DNA of 64,000 nucleotides from Elephas maximus (lineage: Eukaryota), in assembly GCF_024166365.1 (NCBI RefSeq), contig NC_064841.1, positions 46,439,680 to 46,503,679 on the forward strand, written 5' to 3'. The position numbers and the translations under genes are program-made. Positions 62,803 to 64,000 of this stretch are shown in pieces. A model generated the notes under the pieces. It did not search any database. It had not been told where the DNA came from and worked only from the letters and a program-made list of their open reading frames with translations. The first letter of the stretch is position 1; every line of letters starts with the position of its first letter.

Positions 62803-62952
62803 CGCTTGTAATTTTTCAGATGCTAATTCGGTTGCTTCAGGTGTAAAATTTTCTCTTAGCAGAAATCCTTGTTTCTTCAGCTCTTCAATATAATTTTCAT
62901 AGTACTCACTTGCATCTGCAGAAGTTTTCTTTCCAGAGAATTGTCTTCTAGT
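62803..62952 (-). CDS. PARP4: PARP4 coding exon (first in the window in transcript order)
   Basis: Acceptor tgtaatttacag|ACTAGAAG, donor CAAGCG|gtaaga. Translation TRRQFSGKKTSADASEYYENYIEELKKQGFLLRENFTPEATELASEKLQA matches recalled human TRRQFAIKKTSEDASEYFENYIEELKKQGFLLREHFTPEATQLASEQLQA. Confidence 0.85.
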
Positions 62953-64000
62953 CTGTAAATTACAGTATATCTCAAAGTGTCAGGATATGAATGCACAGTA
63001 ACTTATTAACATGCAATCTTTACTGAACACCCACTATGTACCATGGGAGAACAGAAACATAAACAAGGCATTAATCCCTGCCAGGAAGGAGTTAGAAACT
63101 AGTTTTTTTTCAAATAATTATTTAAGCCTTTAATTCTTCAAAAAACATCTTAAAATCTGGAAGTGTGGGGTGTGGGGAGGTTGAGCAAGCACAATAGCAG
63201 AAGAGAGGCACTTGATGCACTGGAGTCACTCAAACTTTCATTCAGAGCCCACATGTTCTCGCTTCACATAGCATTCTAGTAGGCTTTGAAGTCTTGTCTC
63301 TCTAGCTTTTTTGAAATGGAAAAAACAAATCAGAGAAGGGGAAGAAAAATACTTCAAAAAGGAGGTATTGTTGAAAAAAAAAAAGAATGGATAGCAAGGA
63401 AAAGGCAGGAAGGGTGTTAGAACATGCACAGCACTCTTGAAGGCATGGAGTAAAAGGTTCTCTGGAAAGGCACAGACAACCCACATCTCTGTCCTTCCTC
63501 GTTCCAGCCTGCCTAGAGACATGGCATGATCCTTGGAAATCCCTGCCCTTGCGTGGCTCTGAGTGTGCAGCCCAAGAGATGCTGTGACAGGCCGCTCCTG
63601 ATCTCCAACACCGAGTGAAGGCAGCCTCCACAGCTCAGGACTACACTGTGGTCAAATTTCTCCGTTAAGAAAGTAGAGTGAATGTAATTTTGAAAGATTT
63701 CCATTAAAATGGTTTAATAAAGGAAAAGGGCAAGCTAGAAAACCCTTGTATGCAGAATACTCCTCACTGCTGGTCAGGTGAGGATTATTTCCTTCAAGGT
63801 GCACAGACTTCTCTTCCCAGGGAGCCTGGCTGACCCAGGGAGCACCGCACTCAAGTTCTGAGACACCAAGAGCTCTGTTACGTTAAGCAGGAAGGGGCGT
63901 GATGGCTTTGCACAGCTTACAGTTTTCTTTTTAAATGAAGAAAAAATTATAATACACTCTATATCCAATCGACTCAACGGCACTAGGTTTTTATCCTATC

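Noticed and set aside
63780-63880. Possible upstream PARP4 exon on the minus strand (frame giving ...VHLEGNNPHLTSSEEYSAYKGFL, loosely resembling recalled human ...QNVEIPHLPQDFEVAKYNTLEK)
   Set aside because: Similarity is weak and I could not place a convincing donor site. It should be tested by protein-to-genome alignment before being called.
1-64000. The possibility that the window hides a prokaryotic-style system (defence island, CRISPR, operon)
   Set aside because: The sequence is plainly mammalian: LINE-1 ORF1/ORF2, tRNA-derived SINEs, BovB, poly-A tails, TSDs, GT-AG introns. There are no dense co-oriented ORFs, no RBS or operon structure and no repeat-spacer arrays.

Overview
This is mammalian nuclear DNA, not a prokaryotic locus. 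The repeat content (tRNA-derived AfroSINEs with GGTTT-type tails, BovB/RTE LINE 3' ends sharing that tail, several LINE-1 subfamilies) points to an afrotherian, elephant-like genome. The window lies inside the PARP4 (vault poly(ADP-ribose) polymerase) gene on the minus strand. I can place nine collinear coding exons with canonical AG/GT splice sites at about 62952-62803, 29003-28866, 20597-20423, 16641-16481, 15097-14960, 6152-6056, 3866-3683, 3473-3317 and 1714-1590. Their translations follow my recollection of human PARP4 residue by residue: the end of the region before the catalytic domain, the PARP catalytic domain (LLVICDVALG / APPGYDSV / DDEFVVY motifs) and the first VIT-domain exon. Everything else is intron, and the 33.8 kb intron at 29-62.8 kb is almost entirely stacked retrotransposons. 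It holds an old L1M-like element (F) carrying a younger L1 (C), which in turn carries a young full-length L1 (B) with a 15-bp TSD. F also carries a second full-length L1 (E), a roughly 1.1 kb TIR-flanked DNA-transposon-like insert, and an AfroSINE/L1-tail composite. A fourth full-length L1 (A, 13-bp perfect TSD) ends only about 41 bp upstream of the 3' splice site of the exon at 20597-20423. All full-length or young L1s are antisense to PARP4. There is no defence island, operon, CRISPR array or other new system here. The points worth a second look are transposon structure (variable 5'UTR monomer arrays, an internal inverted duplication, nested insertion chronology) and the closeness of a young L1 to a PARP4 splice acceptor. 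All homology statements come from memory and need an alignment to confirm them.
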